Assembly (NCBI GenBank): GCA_051530055.1
Contig: CM121342.1
Coordinates: forward strand, 11,113,480-11,177,479
Direction: 5' to 3'
Length of the DNA: 64,000 nucleotides
DNA from: Neoechinorhynchus agilis
Lineage: Eukaryota > Animalia > Acanthocephala
The position numbers and the translations under genes are program-made. Position 1 is the first letter of the stretch, and every line of letters starts with the position of its first letter. The notes beneath the pieces were generated by a model. The model had not been told where the DNA came from and searched no databases. It saw nothing but the letters and a program-made list of their open reading frames with translations. Positions 42,591-57,100 of the stretch are shown here, in pieces.

Positions 42591-43248
42591 TGTTGCGCAA
42601 TAGCATTAGAAAATCACTAACAAAATGATAGTTGTGCAACTATATCCTTCCTTATCGTTTGATCTCTTACAACGTTTGAGCAGAGAATTAGAAAAAGTCA
42701 AATCGAAAATTCATCGGCTGAGGACAAACGCAAATATCTCTTGTTTTTACTGCCACTCGTAAAATGATTCTTTCGTATCTAATGACGTAGTTCTTTTGAT
42801 TATACGTCACATTAGTTAAAAGAACAATATTAATGGTATGGGATACTGTAGATGCGGTAGTACCTTTTAAATCTTCGCTACATTGATGAACACCTCTCTA
42901 TCTACATTTTCTAAATGTTTCAAAAATCGGCGTATATCTCCCACTTTTACAGCCTCAAAGTCACGCAAACAGAAAATGTTTCATTATCCACTTTATCCAA
43001 TTTTTTTCGATGTGCACGTTTTTTTCAATCTGGAGCATCGATGGCGTCACGTCCCACTTTGAGCACTCGTTCCCCCTATCGACTAAAATATTTCTAGGCA
43101 AATGGGGTTCAAAATTAAGATAAATGATTCGCTTTTATATGAAGACAAAATAAGCACATATGCTTTGTTCGTGGAGGTGCTTACTTTTTAGGAATCAATT
43201 TAATCGTGGAAAATTGAAAATAGATGTGTTTTTTTATTATTTCTAGAT

Positions 43249-46200
43249 ATGCCACAAAATTACACTGACAATTCGAAAATGTCTGAAGAAAGTTTGACCT
43301 TTACCGATCTATGTGATTCGAATTTATGGGTCCAACAGAAATCAAACGAAGAAAAGGTATTTTGAATGTGTTTGAATTGTCAATATTTATGTTCAGGTTT
43401 ACTATTATAATCCAAAAACACGGAATACGCGATGGGAAAAGCCTACTGGATCAGTTCGAGTTATTACGCAGGCCGAATTTGAGACGTACGCCTTGAAGAT
43501 TCTTCATGAGCGTCAAGAGAAAATTCATTTGGAAGTTCCTTCGCCTCAATTGGTCGTTATTAATCAGCCTGTTAGATTACCGGTACCACTGACCGAAGGT
43601 AACTGCGCTGAGCTTCGGTTCATTACATCTCGATGGATTTGTTCGCGTTTTTAGAACAAATGCAAATGGAGTTGGACGGGATTGAAAAAGCGATAGTTGA
43701 TTGTCAGAAGATTGCTTCAGATTGGTCGATGTTTACAAATCCAAATGGGCGGGATTATTATTACAACACTAAAACATTGTGTTCGCAATGGAATGAGCCA
43801 AACGAAATTGTTTTGTTGGCCCAACTTAAGCGACGGACCGACGAACTTCGCCGATTACTGAATATCCTTCATACCGGAAAAGCATTTATTGGCGAAGCAA
43901 GCCCAAATGACCACAACAAACCCTATGCGAATATTCCTATTAAAGGAAGTCCGTGGTAATTTGTTATTTTTTGCTTTAGGATCGCTTATCGGCGGTTAAA
44001 TATGCTCGTACGATGAAGGATTCCCTTTTGCCGTCGAGCTCCATTTCCAAATTATTCATAAGATATACGATCCTTATGAAAAGCAAACTATTCAGTCAAT
44101 CCCTTACACGGCTGGGGTTTTTCTTTTGTACACAACCAAGCGATATCTTCGATCATAGAAGTAATTGAATCACTTAATACCCTGAACCATAGGAATATGA
44201 GTTTATAAATCCCTCAGGATCTTCAAATACCTCCAGAGGAGGCCAGATTCATCCGTGAGTTTTCTACTTCATTCAGCGGTATTTCGTCAACTTTGATTAA
44301 GAGTCATTGACGATAATGGATTTTGAAACCTTTGATGCACTTATACCGGGATTCGTTAATCAAGTTCACTAGACCACCTCGACGCAACTGCGGAAAGTAG
44401 AAACTCTGCCAGTTTTAGGTTGGAGCAAATATTGAATTATTTTATATTGAGGTGGTCTAGAAGATGTGAGGCCTGAATCCCTATTTTAAGGTCACAGGGT
44501 TCAAAATCCATTATCGTCAATGACTCATAACCAAACGGGACGAAATACTGCTGAATTGAGGAAACTCAGAGATGAGTCCGGTTTGCTGGGAAAGTATATG
44601 AGGATCTGAATTGATTTTTTACAAACTCATTACCGTATGATTCAAGGTCAGCCGCGTAGGGGATGTTCACTTCAAATACAGTAAAAATGTAATCGGCTAG
44701 CTAGACATAAAATAAATGATTCAGTAAATTTTGAACTAATAAACGTAGACCTTTTTTATAAATATGGAGCGTAATTACTTTCGAATTATGAGTGGTGTAG
44801 TTAAGAACGAGTTTTCGCTAATCATTTTCGTTGACTTTTTTAAGTCTTCTAAGACTTACTCTAATTTCCTACTTTTTACGAGTATCGCTCATTTGAAAAA
44901 TTTTCCATAGTATTTCGTACACATCGTAGATTGCAAGAGAACATAGACCATCTAGCGTTTATTGAAAAATTCCAAGAATCCTTTTTGTCAGCAAACATTT
45001 TTGGTTTCGTTGTAAAATTCTGCATTTTCTCCAGCGTCTACTATGGACAAATTTTAACGTTTTCATATGATTCGATTCTAAGAATAGTGAACAACCAGGA
45101 ATTGTTTTTCTTACCGACTAATGATTATATATAAACTAACTTTCTACTAAAATATTTGAGCTCTATAACCTTTCTTAATGATTGTAAATTTTGTCGTTGC
45201 GTATTTAGTCGTTAGTAAAGCCTCTGTCATTTCCCTACAATGTATTTAATACCCTCTCTTTTAAGGTGTCTAGTGTGGCTAACGTCTGGAAAATGCTTCT
45301 TTTTCAATCCAACGACTAAAAAGAGCATTTGGAAGGTTCCTCCTGAGCTAGTTGGTCGACCGGAGATTAATGAGATGTTTGCGAATCCTCCTGAGGCGGT
45401 CGAAAAACTTAAACGAAGAGCCGACAATGTTGAGTCCGAAGAAGTAGATAAAAAGCCTAGGTTTGTTCAGTTTTAAGGTCATTGCAAGAACATTGGGTTT
45501 CTAAAGCGTATTTTCTAAATGTGCATTTGTCTAAGTCTTCGTCTTTTTAGAACAACTGCTGGCGAAGACCTTAGATTCAACGTGAATGATGAAAGCAGAT
45601 CCTTATTTACGTTGACGGATAAGTCTAAATTGTCTCATAGCGAGCGGATTCAACACTTTAAGCGAATGCTGCTTGAGAATCAGGTTTGATGGCTTTGACG
45701 AGTTTGTGAGTATACGTTCGACGATGCATAATAGGTATCGGTGTACTCCACTTTGGAAAATGAAAAAGATAAGATTAAAAATGATCCACGATACTTACTC
45801 TTGAACACGAAGGAGAGAAAATCCGTTTTCGATGCGTTTGTAAGAGGTAGTTTTACAACCAATACTCATATTTTGTATAATTGTTGAATAGAACGTGCTG
45901 AAGATGAAAGGAAGGAAAAGATAGAAGATTTAAAAAGGAAACGGTTGCGTTTTAAGGAATTACTGGCTGAGATCCGATTAAAACCTGGGTATGTTTACAT
46001 GCGAAGAAGATGAACAAACTGCTGGTAAGGCGTAGGAGTGTGTGATGATTCCTGCTCTTTCTATTTTTCCATAGTGGATGTGGCTCTAGAATTGAAAACA
46101 TCAGTGAATCTCGGCCTTAAAATACTGAAGAAGATAGGTCTCAGCTGAAATAGACTGTAATTTTCATCACGTGGCGCATAATCTGCACCTTGATTAATCC

Positions 46201-47671
46201 GGAACAAACCTAATTTTAACTTGGCTAGATTTCTCTATACTGAATTCCCTGCCATATTTTTTCTAATGTGTCTTAATATATGTTTTGCATTTAAGATTTC
46301 AATTCGCGGATTTGTGTGCATCTCGTCATTGCCGTGATAATCGGTTTAAAGAAGTGGAAAAGATGCGCGATCGTGAGCAGATATTCAATGAGTACATGGC
46401 AGATAGGTCGCAAGAGATTTTAAAGGAAACACAAGAAGTCAGGAAATGTTTCGTAGAATACTTGAATGAATCTCTCGGCGATATCAGTCCTTGGAATTTA
46501 AAAGCATTAAACTGGACTTCAGCAAAGGATTGTCTTAACACAAATGATACTCGATACGTGAATGCCGGTTCACTAAGGTCGCAATGGTTCGCCGAATACG
46601 TTCGTACTTCTGTCGATACAAGCAGTGATTCGAATGGGGCAAAAGCGTTAGTTTCGGATAACCTCCAGGACCGCATACGAACGAGTTTGAGAAAACGTGA
46701 AGAACAAGTGCGGATGGAGATGAATCTTAGTTTAAGAGAAAGAGAAGAAGAACGATCACACCATATGAAGATTGAAGCTATAGCGGACGTTAAAGCCCTC
46801 TTGAATGATACGGTATAGATCTTCTGTTTTTAAAAGTGCTATTTACATGAGTTTGTAGGTGAAAGATGATCACGCCAAATGGCGAAAAATGAAGGAAGCA
46901 CTTAAGAAAGATGGTCGATACAATCAACAGATTTTACCAAAAAAATACTTAAAATCCCTATTTAAGGAGCATATTTCTGAGATTAAACAAAGGAAGAAGA
47001 TGACCTTTCGACGTTTTCTCGATGAGTTGCAGGTGACTGAGAAATTGTGGCTTTTGTGTTTGCTTTTGACTGATCAGCAACTGAATTCGATTATTTGTAT
47101 TCAGTTGTCTTAGCTTCAAAGACCTTTTTCTCTGACCATTGGATCACCGAATTTATATCATTGACCACAAATTCGAATTTAGGTAACGCTTACATCTGAA
47201 TGGGACGAAGTGTATACTGAACTGAGAGACGATTCGAGGTATACAAAATTGGGTTTAAGTTCATCGAAATGCGAAGAGGAATTTAATATTTATAAAAAGG
47301 ACCTACGTACCCGGTCGATCAAAGATTTTAATGAGCTCTTGCTGGAAACTAAATTGATCGATCACACGTAACCGTCAATTTTGTGTATGTTTATATTAAC
47401 ACTAATGTTATACTAGGACACTCTCATGTGTAAAAAGGGATGAACGATACCTAAAAGGTGTAGAATCTTGCTTATTGGTACGTTTTTGACTTCACTGATT
47501 CCGTTGGATAGCATACGATCGATATTGTAGAAAGATAAACGGTACTTGATGTTTGATCATGTGCCGGTGGAAAGGAAAAGAATGTTGTTTGAGTTTATGC
47601 ACCAGTTAGAAGAACGCGGTCCGCCTCCACCACCAACAGCTACTGATCCAAACAAGTGGAAGAAACAATGA
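43249..47671 (+). CDS. TCERG1: TCERG1/CA150-like (three WW domains, multiple FF domains); multi-exon
   Basis: WW motifs VYYYNPKTRNTRWEKP, DYYYNTKT..SQW.EP and PW|CLVW...FFFNPTTK.S.W.VP; FF repeats; C-terminal RGPPPPPTA. One 1310-nt intron at 43956-45265. Confidence 0.9.
44099..44718. mobile_element. Head-to-head inverted pair of the same SINE-like repeat (44099-44393 minus, 44449-44718 plus) inside the TCERG1 long intron
   Basis: A box GTGGTCTAG, GGTTCAAAATCC at 44498-44509, and a body shared with the 40018-40800 copies. Confidence 0.65.
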
Positions 47672-48116
47672 ATTATCTTTAAATAAGAACGTGGACATTG
47701 AATGATTGATCTTTATGGAAGGTCTCTAACTGTTTTGTAATATTATTACCATGTAGTGTTTAAGATACATGCAAATAAGTCTACTTTAGGTGTTCTGACT
47801 TTTTTTAGATGTTAGTTGAGAAAACCAAACAGTTGCGTAAATTTTGGACCACTGCCGTCCATCATACTTAAACTCTTCACTAGCTCATGTTTACTGTTTG
47901 ATACTGAATTCGTACGGAAGAGCCTCCCTCGTTTCAAAAAATAATCACATTTGACTTTAAACTAAAAAGGAACCAAGCCGTGATCTCCATTGACTATGTC
48001 TTGCTGGCACAGTGATACTTCTCGAGCCTCTTCATGATTGAAACTGTACTCCCCATACTCTTGTAAAGTGAGTAATATTTGCCTTCGTCGAAAACGACAC
48101 AGTTTTAGAGTAGAAA

Positions 48117-50811
48117 ATGTCACTAACTGATCTTTACTTGGCTCACATTGCCGAGGATTTAAGCCCTAAAGATCTTAATTCTGACTTGGATTCATTTTTG
48201 GGCACCATCGGTTCAACCATCTCAGCCAAATGCAAATCGTTTAGTTCTTGCGTACCTCTCGGACCGAACACTCGTGCATTAATGGCTCTAAGTGACCCAA
48301 AGAGGACTATTATGGCATTTGGAACTTATGGACTGGGAAAATGGGTTTTTCTAGGTCATCCGGATTACTTGACGTGTCTAAACGATCAAGATAATGCTTA
48401 CCAACTTCGTGAAGGCGTTACATCTCTTCTTGGTATCCAAAATGAGATTAAAAGTATTGACCACGTTAAAAAGCTGGATACACAAAAGCTGCCCAAAATA
48501 GTTAGCTGGAATGGAAACATTGAGAAGCGAAGTCCTAGCTTTGTTGATGATATGTTGGGATACGTGGAAAGTGGCGGTAAACTTGTCTGTGGCTTCTGCT
48601 CACGTGATTGGAAGAAGTCTTTAATGGAGAGTTCATGTGTGCAATTGTTCGCTCAATTTGGATTGCTGCTAAACGATTTTGTATTTAGTCCAGATCGAAA
48701 TCTAAAATTGATCGAAGTCGATAGAGAGCTGCTGCGGTAAAGAAACGATCGTGATAGGTGTGTTGCTAATTCGATCGTTTCTAAACAGAAATATACACTT
48801 TGTACTAAATGCAATTAAAGTACAAAATGATTTGCTACCAGATTCATTTTATGGCCTCGTCGACGCTGTTTTAGTGAAACTTTCTCCAAGTCCAAAACTT
48901 ATCGAAGTATTTAAACCAGTTGCTATGAGATTAAGCGAAATGTGTAGTAAAATGGCTCCACCGACGGATAAATATCATGACTTTTATATGCTTTTGAATC
49001 GTCTCCTTTTCTTAGTTGAAAAATGTCCAGTTCCAGTAAAGCAAGGACCTCCGCTAGTCTGTTATATGCTATTTTCAATTGGATTGGGATTTTGCAAATT
49101 TAAATATACTATCAAGCATATGTTGCTATTTTCAAACATGGTTGGTACATTTTGTTTAGTGGCACAAGAAAATGTCATTCAACCTGAATCGACATTCTTA
49201 GTTACAACAGAATGACATTTGATTTTGCATTTTAGCATCTATTGGCTAGATGTGCACATGAAAACATTAGTGGAAATCTGTTATGTATATTTTCGCTTTC
49301 CTTTACCCCACTAAATAATCCTGGCAAATATATACACTTGACCAAAAATGCAAAACTCATTTTCCTTTTGCTTTGGAAACATGATTGTTCTGCTCTCCCT
49401 GGAACGCCAGAAATTATCGTTATCCGTACTCATGGCAGAGGTTAATGCTGTCAGACCAATTTCGCTTGATTGGTATTTATCAAATAGTGGAGAAACACTA
49501 TTTGAAGTTACAAAGACATTTGATATGCTTAAATCTCGCTACTCTGATGAATGGATATCGACCGGTCTCTGGGCGCTCAATGGCGTTGAAGTGCGCATTT
49601 CGCTCGAAACTATATCATCCGATGATTGGCGAATCCAAATCGGGTGCCATACCGATGATCTTCACCAGAAAACTCCCTTTAAACGTTGGCCTGTGATGAC
49701 AAAAAGATGGTCTTTGGAACAAGGTGACTACAGCATATACTCACCCTTTGGTGGACTTTTATATATTATAGCGGGTAAACCTGGTAGTTATCTGGAGAAT
49801 ATTTCAGTAAGTGGTGCCTGTCGTGCACCTTTTTACAATAATATGTCCATTCATAAAAATGTGACGGAAAACAACAACAATGCTCCATGGGCGGAATTTG
49901 CTGGTAGAAACATCATATTTACACTTCCTTCGAGTATGAGAGAAGTGTGCTATTTATTTGGCCAGGTATTTCGGTAAGGATTCTCTTCTGAACTGAGTAA
50001 GGTCCTATTTGACCACTCTTCGATGAATTAGTCTTTTTTCCGCCCTTATATCAAAATAGTCTTTTTAAATATGCGCACTTCGAATACTTTCCAGAATTTA
50101 AAGGCTGTTCAAGAATCTGTAAATCAATGGGACAGTATAATTGATTTACATCACAAATTGAGAGGATCGGTGCCACAAATCCCAGAACGAGTCATAGCAG
50201 ACATTCAACATAGAGGTGGTCATTTGCACAACGGTTACCCGATCATGGGACTGTTAGACCTAGCTAATCCTGAGTCCGACATATTTCCCTTTACTCCTAA
50301 CAAAATGCTCACTCATCATCGTCTCATTCATGAACTCGGTCATAATATGCAGAGACAGTGCTGGACTTTTAATGGGTGCCATGATGTATCGGTCAACTGG
50401 TTTGTAATGCATGCCTTGTATCATTTGAGGTCTGAGGAAACAAAGCAACATTTATGGAATGAGTTTGTTGATGAGCATATGAAACAAGTACACACCATCT
50501 TAAAATCTACGACGACATCATTCGATTGGTCACCGCCTAATATTGGTCTTGTTTTCTTTGCTCTACTTTTTAAAGAATTCGGGTTCACTGGTCTTCAAGC
50601 GGTTCTTTCCAGCTACGAAAACGAACCGAGATCATCGTGGCCAAAGAATGACGAACAGAGGATCTATACATTTCTCGAAAGGTACGGAAACTCCATTCAA
50701 AGGAATATAGTTCCTTATTGTCGATCATGGAAGGTGAAAACAGATCTAAACAAACTAGAAGAAGTCATGGGACAGTATCCTTCATTCAATTCATTTAAAC
50801 ACATAGATTAG
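48117..50811 (+). CDS. TCAF: TCAF/FAM115-like protein with peptidase M60 domain; multi-exon
   Basis: W.STGL, RIQIGCHTDDL, SPFGGLLYI, APWAEF...NIIFTLP, PERVIADIQ, LHNGYPIM and HELGHNMQR. Middle exon boundaries (49040-49440) unresolved. Confidence 0.85.
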
Positions 50812-51303
50812 AAGGAGAATTTTTTCGACATAGATTCTTAACGTGCGCATGATTGTGTATCGGATTCCTTGCTTTCTGACGAAAGCTGTTTTAATTTTTA
50901 TTTTAGTTTTGCTTGTAAGTTAGTGCAGCGATTCTTTTTTGACAACGGTTCAAATTTTGTCGATTTAAGAAGTGTTTACTCTATACGTTACATTTGTTTT
51001 TGTATCTTTGCACAGTTGAATGGGCGGATTATTTTTATAATGTCAGCTTAAGAATTAATCTTGTGCACGTGAACTAACGTGTTTTGAGTTGGGCCGCTCT
51101 ATCATTGTTCATTTAGATAATGTAATTTTACTGAGGTTTTAAATATCATTAGAATCAATCATCGGTATTACTTCCGATGATTGATTCATTGGAATGAGGT
51201 TGAGTTTAAGGTGCATATCGAATTTCGTGCCACGCCTATGCAGTGACTTGAATGTTCTTAAAATTATTTAAATCATTAAACCTCTTTTGCATTTCAGACA
51301 ACA

Positions 51304-52727
51304 ATGGGTTCCATTATTGGCGGCTTTACATCATTTTTGGGTTCATGTCTCGGCACAGCAGCATGTAACGTCGCGTGTTCATGTTGTCGATATTTCTACC
51401 AATCTACAAGTACTCGTCTCATGTACGTATCTATCCTCCTCATGAGTTCACTCGTTCAATGTATATTTCTTATCCCGCAACTGTCTTCGTATCTAACTCA
51501 TATACCTCGTCTATGTCCGTTCGATGAAGGCAATTCGAGTTCTTTTGTCAAATGTCACGAAATCGTCGGCTATCTCGGTGTTTATAAGCTGGTCTTTGCC
51601 TATAGCCTCTTCTGTATGCTCATGATTATTGTGACCATCGGAGTTAACAAATCCAGTGATTTTCGAGCCAAAATCCACAATGGAATATGGATATTGAAAT
51701 TGACACTTTACGCTTTGTTTATCGTTGGCGCTTTTGCAACTCCTACGAATAAGGCATTTCTAACATGGATGCGAATATTCGGAATGACCGGATCTCTTAC
51801 ATTTGTGCTTGTTCAGCTCGTACTGATGGTCGATTTCACTTGTGCCCTCACTGAACTCATGCTTGAGAAAAGAGAACAGGTCGAGGATGAGGGAGGATCT
51901 TGTACATGATCGTCTTGGACAGTTTGTGTCTTCTCTTTGATTGCCCAAAATGATCTATAACATATGGACGTTTGCTCTCCTCATTTCTTCACTCACTGGA
52001 TTTGGAGGTGCTCTATTTATGTATGGATATGTTTTGGTGAAGACTCCATGTGCGCTCCATATATTTATTGTATTATTCAATCTTTTGCTCAATATTGCAT
52101 CAACTATCGCAGCACTTCTGCCTGTGGTGAGAGAACAACAACCGACATCCGGTCTAATGCAACCGGCAATTGTTTCCCTGTATACGGCATACCTGGTATT
52201 CTCAGCGTCCATATGGTCCAACCCGGATCCAAAATGTCAACAAGCGGGTATAGATGCCGCTAACCATTCTAAATGGGAAATAGTGCTTCCACTAATAATT
52301 TTCTTATTCTCAGTGATGTATTCAATTGTATCTTCGACAGGGAAATCTCTTAATGCCGTATTCAGTGGAAATCCTGACGAGAAGACACGATTTACTGATG
52401 CGGTTTCAAGTCCAAACGGCGATGCGAATGAGGGCGATGACGAAGCTGAGAATGTTCAATACAGTTATTGGTTCTTACAGATAGATATATTCGAGATTTA
52501 ATGAAGTCTTCGCTCGAATGCATCTCTTACATTTCCTCCTAATGACAGGTAGTTTTTTCGTTATGATGACTCTAACCAACTGGCTTGAAGCGAGCTATGA
52601 TCTAAATCGATTTGAACGCAATAAGACATCCATGTGGATCAAAATCGCTTCAGGATGGTCGTGCACTCTCATATACTTATGGATCTGCTTTGCTCCTGTT
52701 CTATTCCCTGATAGAGATTTTAATTAA
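51304..52727 (+). CDS. SERINC: SERINC/TDE (serine incorporator) membrane protein; two interruptions
   Basis: STSTRLMY, C..IVGYLGVYK, FRAKIHNG.W..K, QLVLMVDF, QPTSGLMQ, HF.....S.FVMMTLTNW, WIKIASGW....IYLW...AP..FPDRDF. Confidence 0.92.
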
Positions 52728-54107
52728 ACAATAATCTTAAATTACAAAAGCTAAAATGCGTTGATAATCGTAGAATCTAGGAGCGCAAATATTCATTGTG
52801 TTCCCAGTTTTATTTTCAAATGGACACATGGATAGGCCATTGTGATTGCAAAGAAAAAGAAAATCTTTATTTCTAAGCTCTCACCGTCTTACGGCTTCCT
52901 CGAGAATTGCTTATACGTTTTCCTTGCATTGCGCAAAACCTTGCGAAACAACCTTGATAAAAGCACAAGATTGTGCCTCCTAAATATCGGAATCAATAAC
53001 TTCTTTTAATCTTTTGCCATAAAAACAGATATTATAAGATGCCAGCAATAATTTGCTAGCGATATATTCTGCACATATTAGTTGATTTTATCCTTTTTAC
53101 AACAAGTATTGCCGTATGTGATTTATCAATGTTAAAGTACAATCCTGTACAAATATGAACCGAAATCATTTTTACTGACCTTTAAAACGTCGAAAACTAA
53201 GTAGCAATCTCGTTCCTGTCATCGCAAATGTTCTTAATTTCATCTCCTCCGAGGGATTTGAAGGGATCATATATAAAAATCAATTCATTTTCGCCTTTTC
53301 AAAGTTTGCATTTATCAGCAATAATTTGCTAACGATCGATTCCGCGCATAAAAGTTTTTATGACAAGTATTGCCGTAAGTGAGGTGACTATTAACACCGA
53401 GCTTTAAACTAGAACGATTCTGAATTTAAAACTCTGTGGATCAAAAGAAACTAAATCTGCAGAAATTAATGAAAAATGTTTTTGGATGTATTTACTTTTG
53501 CACTCTTTATTCTTGAAACATTCTTGCTTTTATGAAGATTAAAATCGGCATAATACACTTTAAGGTGATTCTCGACTAGCCCAATTCTTAGATGCGACTC
53601 AAATGTTATTATGCAAATCGTCGTACTTCAAAAGTATATCAACATGATATTTGATTTCGAAACTGTTATCTTAGTCCGATAGCATATCCTTTTATTTTTT
53701 CCTTCTGCCGCCGCATTCTGTAACGACACTTGTAAAATTGCTGGATTATACATTGTTCTCAGCTATTTTTCTGTTCCATCGCGATGGTAGATTTCGCTAA
53801 ATATAGTGAATCGTTATTACTGAACATAAAAATGGTTGTGCAAAAAAAGAAATTCTAGTTGCCTTGTGCAAATCGTCAATTTAGCTCTGGTTTAGAAAAA
53901 ATCATCCATTTTCAATAAGCCAAATTTCGATTAATCACAATCAAGAATTAGATGCTTCAAAGAGCTCAAATAAGTTTTCAAGAAAACTGTTTTGCTTTCG
54001 CTTGTATACAAACAAAGTTAACTGTATCGTGAGTATATTATCCAGTGACATGTACTGTTCGTAGACAAGCCTCGTAGCGATCTCAGCTCAAAACTCTATC
54101 CAACCCT

Positions 54108-57100
54108 ATGATCAGTTTCAAGGTTCAGGATATACCAAATATTGCATCAGAAACCAATCTTCTTTCCAGACTTTATTTTGCGTGTGTTGCTTTTTATTAA
54201 GTTTTAACCGAAACATTGCTTAGGTATATTGCACCAATCTTTTTTCGCATTCATAGACCTCTTCACGAAACGGACATTTTTGGATTACCTAATAAAAAGA
54301 GAGTCTCTCAAACTAGCAGTGAAATTGAAAGGTATTAAAAATTTGCATTTTTCATGCTTAAAGTGTCATCATTAAACAGGAGATGGAAAAATGGACTTAC
54401 TTTAAAAACGCGAAGTCTGACGCGAATATTCATTTGTGTGTTCCTCAAGCAAATCATACTGTCGACAATCCTCGATGTATTGGAGGTCAGTAAGACTAAA
54501 GTTGCCTGGAATCCTCTGCGTTTCGTGATATTTAATGAAATTTAAAACCTAGTACTCATCTTGTGGTGGTTTTGAAGAGTAGCCAACTGACCTTGATCGT
54601 AATTACAGTTCAGATTTAATTTTATACTTTATTGAAACATCAACTTTTTAAAGATATGCAATAAAAACTATTTTAAAAATGTGTTTAATGCTTCTCTCTT
54701 TTCGAATAGGCTGCATTTCTTATCGCGATGCTTCCTATATTCGGTCGAATCTTGCAATATATAAAAGGAGAAATCACAGACAATCGTGCAGGCGTCTTCT
54801 TGGTATCTCACATTTTACTATATCACGCAAGTTCACTTGCGAGTTGTTGGTCGCTGTACGAATCATTTTGCCTGGGATTTCAAGTCAGAGCGGCTTTCAA
54901 TAGATTCGTCTACGCAAAAGTGAGAAATTTCGAGGAAAAATTAACAATAATTGTTTATGCTAACACAGTGTCTAAAACTTTCTCTTTATCAATGCGATCG
55001 AATCGAATCCGGATATCTAAGTAGTCTAATCAGTACGGATAGCTACTCATTTGACACGTTTGCGCAATCTGCGATTCGGGCTATTGGAGGCATTTTCAGA
55101 TTCATTATGGTGTTTGCGTTTTGCTACTTTTACATCGACATATTCGCTGCAATTTCAATATGCTTATATTTAATTGCATACCCACTTCTACCTGTCTATC
55201 TGATTGGCTTTCGACTAATAAGGTTAGCCAATAGGCGTAATACATTGTATTTTCTATCAGTTGAAGGCAATATATTAACAAGAAAGTTGACATGAGACTT
55301 CTCAATCTCTCATTATATTGCCGGTTCGCTCAAACCTTCAAAATGTGCTGCTTGGATACAGTTATTTATGAAGTTATGTGTCGATTGAATAAGAAGGAAA
55401 CGTTCTTCTGTGGAATGAAAAACCTGGTGGAGGCGAACTCATATATACTGGCACTTTCAGTTAACTCATTTGCCACACTAACATATATTTTTATAAACTT
55501 AAAAATTCATGGAAACCTCCCAAGCGGAGTAAAGGTGTTTCAATTGATGGCAGTATCTCCCATTTTGATTTCAGGCTGCACCTTTTACGTCATTCAATTC
55601 TTTACTCGCTTCTCCGAAGTTAAACTCGCCATTGAGAGATTGCAGGTTCGATTTGTTTCTTCAAAACAAAAAGACATGACGTCTTAATTCAGAAGCTGGC
55701 CGAGGACGTTGACCTGAATAGCAATCATATAATTCGTCAATCGGAAAGCGCTAAGAATGATTCCCACAATGCCATAGAATTATCGTCTTTAAGTTCATCG
55801 TGGGACAATCAAGTATGCAGCCTTGTCTTCTTTGTTCCTTTTAACCTTTAGTTTATTCTATTTAGATTCCTTTCATCAATCTAAGAAATATTTCTTTAAT
55901 GATTGAAAAGGGAACTTTAACTTACATCGTAGGACCATCCAAATCAGGAAAAACGTCATTGCTTTACTCAATACTGAACGAATTGCGAGCTGTAGGCGGT
56001 AGTGTAAACATCCAAGGAAGCGTTTCAATAAGCACTCAAAATCCGTGGTTGTTTCCCGGCACAATTCGACAAAATATTTTATTCACTGCGAGACCGAATG
56101 TTGAGCGGTATAAAGCGGTTATTTATGCCTGTTGCTTAATTGAGGTTTTTAATTTTTTTACGAACATTATAATTAATTGCTTTCCTGTTCAGGATTTAAA
56201 TGCTTTACCGGAAAAAGATCTCACTGTGATCGGTGATGGAGGAAGCGGTTTAAGCGGTGGACAAAAAGCAAGAGTTTCATTGGCCAGAGCGATTTACCAA
56301 GATGTTGACGTGTATCTTCTTGATGATTCTTTGGCTACAGTTGATTATAAAACGAGGAAACATATTCTAAACCAGTGAGTATTTGTTTTTAATAATTTTA
56401 AAAAGAGATTTCAATCGAACATATTGTAGTTGTATTCGAAAATTTCTAAAAAACAAAACCGTGTTATACTGCGTCTCCAAAGTTATGGATGCCGGTCGTG
56501 CCGCAACGGTCGTAACTCTGAGAGACGTAAGTGAAACTATTATTTTCTATAATGCAGTCAAATCAATATCTTAGGGGTCGATTGAATGTATGAGCGAAAA
56601 AGCAGCTTCCAAAGCCGACGACGATTCCGATCCACCGCGTACTCAGCAAGATTCTGACTTCGAATTAATCACTCTGGACAAAGTGGCTCGGAGATACTCG
56701 ATGTGTTCACAGCATGAAGAATCCGAAGTAGGTCGATTTACGCTCAAGCCAAGGACGGTGGACGCCGTTGGCTGGATTAAACTTTACTGGAAACTATTTG
56801 CACCGAAGAAAATTGCAGCCTTTATTATCCCTTTAACAATAATTGTTTGGTGGGGATCACATATTTTTTGCATACTGTCGGAATACTGGCTTTCTCGGTG
56901 GCTGTCGACTGAAAACGAGAATAGCACAAAGCAGTTTAGTGACAACTCGTATGAAGCTTTCTATTTGGGTTCGATGATTTTGAATCGATTAGTTTTTCTT
57001 ACTAATTTTTATAGGTTACCTCCTCGGATTTCTAATCTTGACAAGTGCTTCCTTATTCATCGTTATCGGCACAATTGGCTACGATACATTCCATGCTCAT

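Noticed and set aside
31790-51304. AG acceptors just upstream of several ATGs suggesting SL trans-splicing
   Set aside because: Plausible cis donors lie 40-55 nt upstream for TCAF (48068) and SERINC (about 51243); 5' UTR introns suffice, and DNA alone cannot show trans-splicing.
53042-53382. Imperfect ~70-bp direct repeat (CAGCAATAATTTGCTA...ACAAGTATTGCCGTA) near a decayed PLE end
   Set aside because: Two diverged copies only, with no structure or ORF; cannot assign a function.
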